The notes below the pieces were generated by a model. The model did no database searches. It was not told the origin of the DNA and saw only the letters and a list, made by a program, of their open reading frames with translations. A stretch of 63,062 nt of DNA, counting the filler, from Octopus bimaculoides (taxonomy: Eukaryota): NCBI RefSeq assembly GCF_001194135.2. It is 7 parts of 6 records of this genome, joined end to end, with 100 filler letters (N's around TTAATTAATTAA, not from the genome) between each part and the next. Parts side by side here need not be neighbours in the genome. Positions count along the whole stretch, not along the records: positions 49,883 to 54,343 come from NC_068985.1; positions 54,444 to 61,064 come from NC_068983.1; positions 61,165 to 63,062 come from NW_026413043.1; 4 more parts are not named here. One strand, 5' to 3'. How positions within the stretch are numbered: position 1 is the stretch's first letter; each line of letters begins with the position of its first letter. Both the position numbers and the translations under genes were made by a program. Below are positions 51,848-63,062 of this stretch, piece after piece.

Positions 51848-53711
51848 GTGTGTGCGCGTGCGTAAATCATTTTTATAAGGTATTATGGCGAGCAATGTAA
51901 GTATCAAAGAATTGATTATGACTACTCTTGAATGGAATGACTGCCTATAACGTAAGCAACTCATAAAATGTCTACTGTATTCGGCCTTATTTTATACAAT
52001 ATTTTAGCAATTCAAATCTATGGATCTTTTCAACCAGCAAAACCACAGCCTTTAATCACGGATATATAAGAATCACTGGCAGAAGATCAAGATAAATCTG
52101 TGCAGTTTAATGTCAATTACGTGAGCCGCAAGGTATTTGCGTGGTTGATGTCCATAAGCTTATAAAGTAGCTTGCTATCGCTTGGTCTAAGATTAGTGCA
52201 ACTAACCATGAAGTTGTTTCATTCCAGAAAATGTGGCTGTTTTCTTGTCGCTGTAATCAAGGCAAACATTGAATACATTAATGCATTCCATGTTTTTCGC
52301 ACGATTAGCATAATTAAAATACATTTATGTATCCTGTACGAAATACAGGACACATAAATAAGAGATATATTTATGAATTCTAAATAGAATTCCTCATTGC
52401 TTAATACAGTTTTCTTTTCTATTATCGAAGCAGCTATGCTATCGTTAGATATTTAAGGATTAATAACAAGATATTTCCGAATATATACAGATATACGAAG
52501 GTACGCATATAAACACATATATTATGTATCAATGACATCAACATTATTCTGACAAGCATTCTAACACAGTTCGTGGGCAAAGTTTAAGTATTCTATATAA
52601 GTATTTCAATAAATATACAATCCATCAACACGGAGTGGAATGAAATAGCTGAAGTTTTGCCAAGTCTGTACATCTGTGATTTCCCCTCCAAGTGACCTAA
52701 CTGCAATGTAAACGATACCAAACCGTTCCATACTCCCAAATCTTTATTTAGTTATTTCTTTATCGAATTATCTCTTCTCTCTAATGTTGTTATGAGGATT
52801 TCTCTGAGGCATAATGTTGTTATTTAAGCAATCTAGTGTAATATGCAAATTGTGGATAATTTCAAATGATGAAAGACCTTATTGACACGTAAGACTGTCC
52901 CGCACCGAATATGATAATATTGCCTGTATATTTACAAATAAAATGTCAGTAACGTCATTGTTAATCATTTCCTCCTATCACTGGCTGCGGCAGATTGCGC
53001 ACAAAGATGAGATCGATACTTCTACAGTATTCGATCTTTGGGAAGAACATTCTAGGAAAAGATGCCAAGATATATTGATATTGTGATGTTACCTCTCCAT
53101 CTCTTCTGTTGCCGACCTTTGTTTTTTCTTTCCATTGTTAAAATATCTTACATTTTCTACATTTAATATATATATATGATTTAATATATATCTAAAATAT
53201 ATTTAATATATATATACAATATATATATTATGACAGTTAATATATATATATCTATATAGATATAAATGTTGATAAATAATTTAGGGGACGATGTACTGAA
53301 TAAGGTAAGTGAGAATTTCCAAAATTTATAGTTAATTGAAATTTACTCATTTGTTGCAGAAAGAGTCAACAGTTAACTGTAAATTTTAGTGACACATAAT
53401 GTAAAGGGGAGATAATTTCCTGAAATTAAATGCAAGAGTCATCGTCAGTACTGCGATATTGGGTTCGGAATGCTATTGTGCGAAGTACGAACAAAGAATA
53501 TTGTCTGCTACCAGAAATATCCAAAAGTTCGATGAAACAGCAGTAGAATTCGAGGACAGAAATAAGGGTGACAGGCGAAATGAAGGATACTGGAATTAAA
53601 AACGTTGGTTGTTGCGGACAGCTTGAAACCAGGAACGACAAGCCGAGTCTTTAGTTATAACCGTTCGTGACGGATAAATGCATCAAGACCTACCAATAAC
53701 TGAGTTAGTAT

Positions 53712-54096
53712 AAATATCTTGAAATAGAAATTGGCAAAATGTGGAACCTCAAGACTAAAACAATACCTGTTGTCATAGGTGCCCTAGGAATGATAACAAA
53801 AGTAGTTGATTCCTAACTAGCTCAGATACCAGGAAACCTCAAAATGTCAGAAATTCAAAAGATAGTGGTCATAGGAACTGCTCATGTCCTACGTAAAATA
53901 TTGTTTATGTGACCTCAAATTTGAAAAGAAACATAATTTTCTTAAGTTTTCTTTAAAATTCTCTACAACAATTACTACGTGCAAAACCAAATATATGACA
54001 CCCTAGGCATAACACCAAATTGAACTTCTAACTTGTTGTCTCTTGAGGCATCTGAGTGAGATTTGGAGTCAATTTGTACAAATACAAAGCAAACAT

Positions 54097-54157
<61 letters not shown>
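53712..54157 (+). mobile_element. 3' end of an R4/Dong-type RLE retroelement with 3' UTR and (TAA)n tail
   Basis: KYLEIEIGKMWNLKTKTIPVVIGALGMITKVVDS*LAQIPGNLKMSEIQKIVVIGTAHVLRKIL; about 20 TAA units at ~54098-54157. Confidence 0.88.
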
Positions 54158-54159
<2 letters not shown>

Positions 54160-54343
54160 TATTCAGACAAATACATAACAAAAACACCAGGACTTACAAA
54201 TATATATAACATACAGAAAATTGCACTACTGGGTACTGCACACATTCTACGCAAAACACTTTCAATACAGTAAACATAAGAGCACCACAGCAAACCACAT
54301 CACATACCCAAGGCGCACAGAGCTGCGCTCGGTAGTGAAGTGA
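54158..54343 (+). mobile_element. Second, different, 5'-truncated RLE retroelement 3' end starting right after the (TAA)n
   Basis: YSDKYITKTPGLTNIYNIQKIALLGTAHILRKTLSIQ* has the terminal IQK..LLGTAHILRK.L motif; it runs into a linker gap. Confidence 0.8.
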
Positions 54344-54724
54344 NNNNNNNNNNNNNNNNNNNNNNNNNNNNNNNNNNNNNNNNNNNNTTAATTAATTAAN
54401 NNNNNNNNNNNNNNNNNNNNNNNNNNNNNNNNNNNNNNNNNNNTCTTTAAAATGATATATAAAGTCAAAGTAATTTAACGAAAATTAATTTGAAAATGCA
54501 TTTAAAACCAAAATTAAAAATTCCCCAAGAACTTTATTTCATAAAATTTGCCACAAGGGCAGTACAAAGATAGAAGCAATGCAGGCTGGACAGAAACACA
54601 AATGAGATGAAATGGTAAAATATGATATTGATGAGAGGAGCAACAACAACCTTGACAACCTAATAGCTGTATCAGAAAATGTAGGATGGTCATGGCTAGA
54701 GTGCTTTTGATTACAGGACTGTTC

Positions 54725-54940
54725 AAGGTGGCGAGCTTTCAGAATCTTTAGCACTCCAGGCAAAATGCTTTGCAGCATTTCGGCCGATTTTACGTTCTGA
54801 GTTCAAATTCCACAGAGGTCGACTTTTCCTTCACTCCTTTTGGGGCCGATGAAATAAGTACCAGTTGAGCACTGACATAGATGTTTGCAAGTTGCTCCCT
54901 CCCTTAAATTTCAGGCTTTGTGCCTATAGTAAAAAGGATT
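54725..54940 (+). mobile_element. SINE family A, moderately diverged
   Basis: Colinear with 25738-25953. Confidence 0.85.
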
Positions 54941-57328
54941 AAAGGTCGATTCAATTAGAAATGACCCGGCTAACCAACCACAAGGCATTTTGTCCAGTGC
55001 TATCCTTGTACATGCAATTCTGCAACCTAAATCATAATTCCTAATAGAGCAACAAGCCNNNNNNNNNNNNNNNNNNNNNNNNNNNNNNNNNNNNNNNNNN
55101 NNNNNNNNNNNNNNNNNNNNNNNNNNNNNNNNNNNNNNNNNNNNNNNNNNNNNNNNNNNNNNNNNNNNNNNNNNNNNNNNNNNNNNNNNNNNNNNNNNNN
55201 NNNNNNNNNNNNNNNNNNNNNNNNNNNNNNNNNNNNNNNNNNNNNNNNNNNNNNNNNNNNNNNNNNNNNNNNNNNNNNNNNNNNNNNNNNNNNNNNNNNN
55301 NNNNNNNNNNNNNNNNNNNNNNNNNNNNNNNNNNNNNNNNNNNNNNNNNNNNNNNNNNNNNNNNNNNNNNNNNNNNNNNNNNNNNNNNTGGAATTAAACA
55401 AGCAAGCTTTCCCGCTTAATTCTCTCTTTCTCGGTCGGCCGACCATGAGCATGGATGTGTCAAGCAGTGTCTCCAACATTCCAACCTGGAGACAGTCTCT
55501 TTACGTGTATAGCTGTCACTCTCCATCTTTCGGACTTACACTCGACAGCTCGCTCACATCTACATAACAACGTCCCAACAACTATGCTCACACACACAGA
55601 AGCTGTAACAACAAGAGCTAAAGATGTATATATTTACCACCAGAATAAATGTTGTTTAAGTTGATAGTCCGGAGTTCAGCGTTCCGTTATATTCTTTAAT
55701 TTTATATAGGAAAGTCAGGTATACATCTAATGATGTATAACCAACTTTCCTATAACTTATTTTCTTATTTACCAGAATCACAGGGTTTCAGTTTCCCTTA
55801 AATTACATGCTACTGCCTCAAAAGAGTTGGATATTTGATAATGCAGAAGAATGGAGTAGTCTCAACTGGAACGCCTTTGTTCATATTTCAACTCGAAGCT
55901 TTTTTTTTTTTTTTTTTTTAATGAAGAGAGATGGAACGATACTTTTGTTTCGCTAGGATTTAAAGGAAGTGTACAAGAATAAAATAAACGAGAATTTTTT
56001 AGACAGATACGATAACAAAACTTTCAGCAGTTAGTCGAATAAATTTGGTACTTTGTTAACGCGCCCAAAGGGGCAATGTTCCTTGTAATCTATGTATGCG
56101 AACACACGTTTTACAACACACAAAAGAAAAAGTATGTGTGCACACAAGGTTCTTAAAATGCGTACCTATTTTCTATCTATTACTTGTTTTAGTCATTCGA
56201 CTGCAGCCATGCTGGGGCACCGTCTTGAACAAGTTGTTTTAGTCGAATGAATCGACCTGGGTACTTTTTTATAGTTCATGGTTAGCAACAGAGGTTGTTG
56301 TACATGTGAATAAACATTAAAAAAAATTAGGGAATAAAGTAGATAAAAATTCAGGCTACATAGGGTTCATAGATAGCGGAACCTCGGAAGTAGTAAATTA
56401 TCCAAACGAAGGGTAGAAGACCACAAGCTGGTCTTCAAGCCAAGGATACCTTGATTATATGAAGTTTACAGCGGAGATAATGAATACGTACTCGTTTTCG
56501 GTGTAACAAAAATCCTAACCTTAAACAGCTTTTGCCCCAACCCAATCAGCTACAGGCATCATTTTAGCACTCAAGAGCCTGAAATTGCTGCCATCCAGAC
56601 CCCTGTAAACAGTCTCTTCCATCCACTGGATCCCGTGTTAACTCGTTGGAGATTCGATCGAAATGCGTAGAAAGTACAGTTTGAGAGGAAAGCATAACTG
56701 TGNNNNNNNNNNNNNNNNNNNNNNNNNNNNNNNNNNNNNNNNNNNNNNNNNNNNNNNNNNNNNNNNNNNNNNNNNNNNNNNNNNNNNNNNNNNNNNNNNN
56801 NNNNNNNNNNNNNNNNNNNNNNNNNNNNNNNNNNNNNNNNNNNNNNNNNNNNNNNNNNNNNNNNNNNNNNNNNNNNNNNNNNNNNNNNNNNNNNNNNNNN
56901 NNNNNNNNNNNNNNNNNNNNNNNNNNNNNNNNNNNNNNNNNNNNNNNNNNNNNNNNNNNNNNNNNNNNNNNNNNNNNNNNNNNNNNNNNNNNNNNNNNNN
57001 NNNNNNNNNNNNNNNNNNNNNNNNNNNNNNNNNNNNNNNNNNNNNNNNNNNNNNNNNNNNNNNNNNNNNNNNNNNNNNNNNNNNNNNNNNNNNNNNNNNN
57101 NNNNNNNNNNNNNNNNNNNNNNNNNNNNNNNNNNNNNNNNNNNNNNNNNNNNNNNNNNNNNNNNNNNNNNNNNNNNNNNNNNNNNNNNNNNNNNNNNNNN
57201 NNNNNNNNNNNNNNNNNNNNNNNNNNNNNNNNNNNNNNNNNNNNNNNNNNNNNNNNNNNNNNNNNNNNNNNNNNNNNNNNNNNNNNNNNNNNNNNNNNNN
57301 NNNNNNNNNNNNNNNNNNNNNNNNNNNN

Positions 57329-57370
<42 letters not shown>

Positions 57371-57372
<2 letters not shown>

Positions 57373-57565
57373 TCCCAACATCGCTTGACAACCGATGCTG
57401 GTGTGTTTCCGTCCCCGTAACTTAGAGGTTCGGCAAAAGAGACCGATAGTATAAGTACTAGGCTTACAAAGAATAAGTCCTGGAGTCGATTTGCTCGACT
57501 AAAGGCGGTGCTCCAGCATGGCCACAGTCAAAATGACTGAAACGTGTAAAAAAATAAAAGAAAAG
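57371..57565 (+). mobile_element. SINE family B, 3' half after (TG)n
   Basis: cgcttgacaaccgatgctggtgtgtttccgtccccgtaacttagaggttcggcaaaagagacc...ggcggtgctccagcatggccacagtc. Confidence 0.88.
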
Positions 57566-60500
57566 AATTGCCGAAGTGGGTTGAAAAGCAAAGGTGACCC
57601 CAGCGGTATTTGTAATCAGAACGTATAAATAATCACAATCAACGTCAGAGGTTTCGTCTAATGCTCCAACGATTCTGCCTTTCTAATTATAGGTACAATG
57701 GTTCCTAACTTACGCAATAAACTACCAATTTTTGAGGAGTAGGGCCCAGTCAATTACATTGACTCTTCCTAACATAATTTCCACCGACGCTGGTGGTACG
57801 AAAAAGCAAAATAGAACTAGGCCGAACGAATACTGTAAGGTTTTTAAAAAAAATTTTTGTCCGATGCTCTAACGATTCAGCCAAACCGCCGCAAAATTAT
57901 ACAAATAAAAGCAAAAATCATTTTAAACACACCAGCGTTCATGTCATAGGGAAAGAAGCGCGAATGCTTGTTGATTTTGAACTTTATTCTCAACTGGCTT
58001 CAATTGACATTCAACGTTAATCGAATAAACTCTTATAGATTTAATCCGTAACTCGGTTTCTAATTTCATGACTTTCGTTGTTGATAATTCATGCAACGTC
58101 CTGACTTCAACAGCTATAATAAAATTTGAGGTTTTAAATCCGTATTAGAAAACCTATAAAGCTAAATTGGGAGAAGCTGGAATGAAGAAAGAGCTGTCGT
58201 TATTTGGAGAATGAAGATAATGACTGACTGACAGACTTGGTGCTGTAGGTAGAAAACCAATGTTTTTATTTCTTTACGACATAATTGATATAGCCAAGAA
58301 TTTATGATAGAAAAACTTGGAGATCGTTATAACTGTTAAAAGATGAAAATAGGGGAAAACGCCCAGATAGCCTTTAGTTAGTCTCCTATAAATACTTGAT
58401 TGAAATTTTACTAGGAAAAGTTTAGGAGTTTAAAGTTGAAACGCTTGGAATTACAAACAAAATTTCAGTCTTTACATGTAGAAATGTTTCTTAAAAATAA
58501 AATTTAACGATTCGCTATTTGTAAATTTCAATAGGTTGTAGAAATTTTTTTTGTGATTTTATAACACCATTTGTCAAGTATAGTAGAGCAAAAAAATAGT
58601 TGCTTGCGAACCAATTCTACAATTCAGTTTCGATTCCTGAGAGTAACTCTTCTGCTTAAGTTTTAAATTACGAAAGGTTTAATCCTTTTAGTTGTCCTAT
58701 GCCATCAAGTTTATTCTGTTTTATTAAACCACAACCCATCATTTACCAGCAGATTCAGATTTTAAAATCTTATCAAGCAACAACTATTTTTATAACAGAA
58801 GTTAAGAATGATGACAAATGAGTGCCAAAATCTTTTTTCTTATCGTAGGGAAGGAAAAGGACTTGTAGAGAGAGAGAAAGTAAATTAATGCAAAATCATC
58901 CAAGATTCTCACACTTTTCCTCCACAAGAACTCTTCAATCTAGTGTCTAAGCTAGGGAAGACAGCAGGAAGAATAAAAACAATCTAGGTTAGAAAATAAA
59001 CGTACCTTTCATAAAAATTGTCTTCTAGGAATGAATGTAAACATTTCAAGTCTAGAATGTCAAGTTAAACAACGGGATAATATAACGCCGATGGATTCCA
59101 AATCAAAATCTATCTTGTTTTGATAGAGGGATTGATAAATCCATTGAACGTCCTTTTAAGATTTTGAATAAGATTTGATAGGAATAAAGTATTATATACA
59201 AAAATATTACGAAAAATATTTCAAATTACCGACGAGAAAATAAGAAACAATTTTTAAAGTTACAGCTCTAATGTATTTTCTATCTTAAGAGTTATAATAA
59301 TAGCTTTTTGAGAGACAATAGTCTGTGAAACGACTAAGTTGAAAAATGCAAATCAGATTGTTGGGTCGGGTCAGCAGGAACTCACAAACTTACTGAGATA
59401 AATAATTTTTACATTCCTATGACCCCAAACGGATTCTTCCCGAGAAGTTTAAAGAAAATTACAATGTGCAGGATGTATGAAGTTGTCGAGTCATTATAAA
59501 ATTAGTAACAATAATTAAACACTTACATCGCATATCGATCGGATTTTCGTCTTTTTAAGCAAGATAGTAGATTGTGTGCCATTATTATTTAAAGGGAAAA
59601 ATTGAAACAATTGTTCTTAAGCATCGGCGAACGCAGCTCCTATCTTAATTTCACATTAAATTGTTGTTTCAATATGTTAAACAGTCAATATGCAAATCTA
59701 AATAGACATAAAATTAGCATAGCACGGGAAAATTGAAATGTTAACAAAAACGATCCTCTTTTTTTTTTTTTTAGAAAGCGTGAAATTTTTGTCAAATTTA
59801 GTTAATAGTACACCTTGGAAAGAAGTATTTTTGTATTTCTATGTCCTCGCATGTCTTTGTATTGTTTCCTCTTCGTTAGCCCCTTGTGGGCAATAAAGAA
59901 ACAAAGAAGTATTTTTTCTATACCGAATAGTAACAAGTTTGTTAAATAGAAAGGTTTGTATAGTTTATTTTGGGAGTTTGAAATAATGTAATATTTTCTA
60001 GCTATTGTCAATGGATTTCATATTTGGGACAATAATCTACAAGATATTTGTCTGTAATACCAATGATAACTGTCACGATAGTTTCCTACAGAATAGATTT
60101 GTATTCTATAGAGTATATTTGATGACCAGGCTGTAATTCTGATACAGAAGACAGTATCTATAAAAGCGCTTATGCATACATGCATAAAGTACAGTAAAAA
60201 TAACGACTCAGCTAGGTATGAATGAGGCTCATCTCTATTTTTACTTTCGTTTTGTTCATTCATTCTAACAATAAAACGATCGGGTAGTTAAGGGATATAG
60301 GAGTGCAAATCACAGGTTTATGGGGTTGAAATAGACTGCAGGAGTTTCGTTGAGTTTCTTTTCGAAAACATTTATTCAACATAACTTTAGTCCATCCAGG
60401 TACCAGCAATGTCATCAGAAAGGGTTACTATAACAGACTAATGTTCTTTCCAGCAGGATATTTTCTCTATCATCCGCTTCACGCCATGAAAAAAAGGTGA

Positions 60501-60628
60501 ACTCGAAACTGCATTTTTGACTTAATTTACCAGGTGCTTACTTTTTCCGAAAGGCATTCGCTTCGAGAGAAAACAATTGTATCATTTGTTTTCTGCTGTG
60601 GTAGGCATCTTTAAGATTTGAGTCAACA

Positions 60629-61057
60629 TGTAGTAAACGAATATGAAGAAGAATGCGGGCTGGTGAATGGGGGGCGGGGCAGAGGACTCTGAAAATTCAC
60701 ATCGGGAATGTTCCGAGTCCATTCACCACCTCCCCGTGCGACGGCGAATTTTTCTTTTCTTCGTATTCGTTTACTACACATTATTTTACACCTACTACAC
60801 TACATTTTTTTCAATTTTTGTGACAAAGGTGAGGACTCGGATAATTCACACGATCCAGTAACGCCACATCGACAACCGGTCACAAAAATGTAGAAAAAAA
60901 TAGTGTAATAGGTGTAAAACAACATGTTTACGAATATGAAAAAACGAATATGAAAAAAAATGCGCGCTGGCGAACGGGCAGAGGTGGGGGAGAGAACCTT
61001 GACCTTTAAACTCCAGTGTTTCACCCGAGTTACTGGATCGTGTGAATTATCCGAGTC
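60629..61057. repeat. Interlocked inverted repeats
   Basis: 60629-60778 is an imperfect palindrome. 60759-60823 is inverted relative to 60879-~60945. 60834-60862 and 61029-61057 form a perfect 29-bp inverted repeat (GACTCGGATAATTCACACGATCCAGTAAC). Confidence 0.85.
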
Positions 61058-62229
61058 AGTACTCNNNNNNNNNNNNNNNNNNNNNNNNNNNNNNNNNNNN
61101 NNNNNNNNTTAATTAATTAANNNNNNNNNNNNNNNNNNNNNNNNNNNNNNNNNNNNNNNNNNNNCACACATACATTCGCATTCATGTTTATATTCACGCA
61201 CATGTATATATGTACGCATGGATATGTTTGTGTGTAAAGCAGTAGTAGTAGTAGTAGTAGTAGTTGTAGTAGTAACTTCATATGTCGAGTGCAAAGGATC
61301 AAGTACTCAACATATAATCAATAGAGTGAATATTTATTGCAAGTAGAGAAAATATAACTTAACTTATTACACCGAGATACAGAAATGGGTGACATTCACA
61401 TATATAAGTACTGTTGTTTAAAGCTATAAAGCCAGAGCATTGTCTGTTTTTTCTTCTGGCGTAGACAACCAAAATTCATGAAACTCGCCTCTGCATAGAA
61501 AATGAAATAGAAAAGGCATGGCAATATTCAAATTTATTGAAATTCAAAAAAAAAATTGTATAATAATTCCAAAAAGCATACAAAGCCAGAAATCTCCTGT
61601 TCAAATCTATAATGCCAGGTTGAATAATGCTGCAAAAATGCTGCAAAACGGGGATATTATGATATATTTCAGTGATACTCTCATGCAATGCATAAACAAT
61701 AGTTTGTTTCACCACAAGATTCCGAGTTCGATTCCAATAATAATAGTANNNNNNNNNNNNNNNNNNNNNNNNNNNNNNNNNNNNNNNNNNNNNNNNNNNN
61801 NNNNNNNNNNNNNNNNNNNNNNNNNNNNNNNNNNNNNNNNNNNNNNNNNNNNNNNNNNNNNNNNNNNNNNNNNNNNNNNNNNNNNNNNNNNNNNNNNNNN
61901 NNNNNNNNNNNNNNNNNNNNNNNNNNNNNNNNNNNNNNNNNNNNNNNNNNNNNNNNNNNNNNNNNNNNNNNNNNNNNNNNNNNNNNNNNNNNNNNNNNNN
62001 NNNNNNNNNNNNNNNNNNNNNNNNNNNNNNNNNNNNNNNNNNNNNNNNNNNNNNNNNNNNNNNNNNNNNNNNNNNNNNNNNNNNNNNNNNNNNNNNNNNN
62101 NNNNNNNNNNNNNNNNNNNNNNNNNNNNNNNNNNNNNNNNNNNNNNNNNNNNNNNNNNNNNNNATATATATATATATATATATAACAGTGGCATCTAGCA
62201 AGCCAAACCAATCCACGATGATAAAGAGC

Positions 62230-62710
62230 AATAATCCTGAAACTAGTCCGTGGATGCTGGGTGGGGTACTACATCTCCCCTGTTCGAAAATATAGGCAGT
62301 GTTTTGTGTCATATAGCCAGCTAGAAACGATGTTTCTTGGGGCTAAAGAGAAGTAACATTTAACCCGTCCTGGGATTTCCACATTATGTTGGCAAAAAGT
62401 CATCACTTTATTGTGCTCTTACTGTATATATCTTTAAGAGATTTAGAAATATATTATTTCTACTGTTTGCCACTTCGAATGCTATATGTTTTCGTCAGCT
62501 GTGTAACAGCGACATCCTGCAAGCTAAGTTTCTCCAAGCTGACAAAGGGCAATAGCCTGAAACTACTCCGTAGATGCTGGATTGTGCTAGAAGGAGGTGT
62601 TAATCTCCCCTGCTCGAAAACGTAAGGAGAGAGCTTTTGTGCCGTATAGCCAGCTAGAAACGATGTTTCTTGGGGCTAAATAACAGGAACATTTATCCCA
62701 TCCTAGGATT
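62230..62710. repeat. Two direct ~150-bp copies (62230-62377, 62549-62710) of a dispersed repeat also present inverted at ~44618-44661
   Basis: The two direct copies share tatagccagctagaaacgatgtttcttggggctaaa; the 44.6-kb copy reads tttagccccaggaggacatctcctccagctggcttatcgacac. Confidence 0.8.
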
Positions 62711-63062
62711 GTCTGTTAGCAAAACGTCATCGCATCATGCACACACACACGCGTACAAACCTACACACACATATACACACATATATATATGTATATATAT
62801 ATATGTATATAGATATACACACGTATATATGCATAGTTACATATATATATATGCATATATATATACATATTTGTGCATACACACGCATATATATATGTAA
62901 ACACACACATATTTATGTATACATATACATATATGTATTTCTATGTATATATATGCATATATATATATATGTATGCATATATATATATGCGTACACACAT
63001 ACATGTATATAGATACACACACACACATATATATATATATATATGTATATACATATATATAT

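Noticed and set aside
53975-54293. Poly-Leu and poly-Ile ORFs that look like signal or transmembrane peptides
   Set aside because: These are translations of the (TAA)n retroelement tail.

Overview
AT-rich, repeat-dense eukaryotic draft genomic DNA. The SINE families and microsatellite load look like an octopod (coleoid cephalopod) genome; this is recognition from memory, not a database result. Most entries in the supplied ORF track are artefacts of microsatellites or N gaps. The only clear host protein-coding sequence is one internal exon of an effector-type caspase (6390-6637, +). There are two well-formed tRNA-Val genes (TAC and AAC, both minus strand) and a decayed tRNA-like unit near 25.4-26.6 kb. 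The rest is a layered graveyard of mobile elements: mariner and Tc1 fossils, MITEs and a long-TIR foldback element, two Helitrons, RTE, CR1/Jockey-like, Penelope-like and R4/Dong-type (RLE) retroelement fragments, and at least three tRNA-derived SINE families. The best leads are: (1) a ~0.9 kb non-coding LTR element (TRIM-like) splitting a mariner fossil; (2) RLE retroelements that appear to sit in specific microsatellites, (TAA)n and (TACA)n; (3) a near-identical tRNA-Val pair differing at the wobble base, both with U73; (4) a sharp change in CpG decay near 23.5-25 kb; (5) an interlocked inverted-repeat structure at 60.6-61.06 kb. Six 100-bp gaps carry an artificial TTAATTAATTAA linker, so contiguity across them is unproven. 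No complete novel multi-gene system can be supported from this window.
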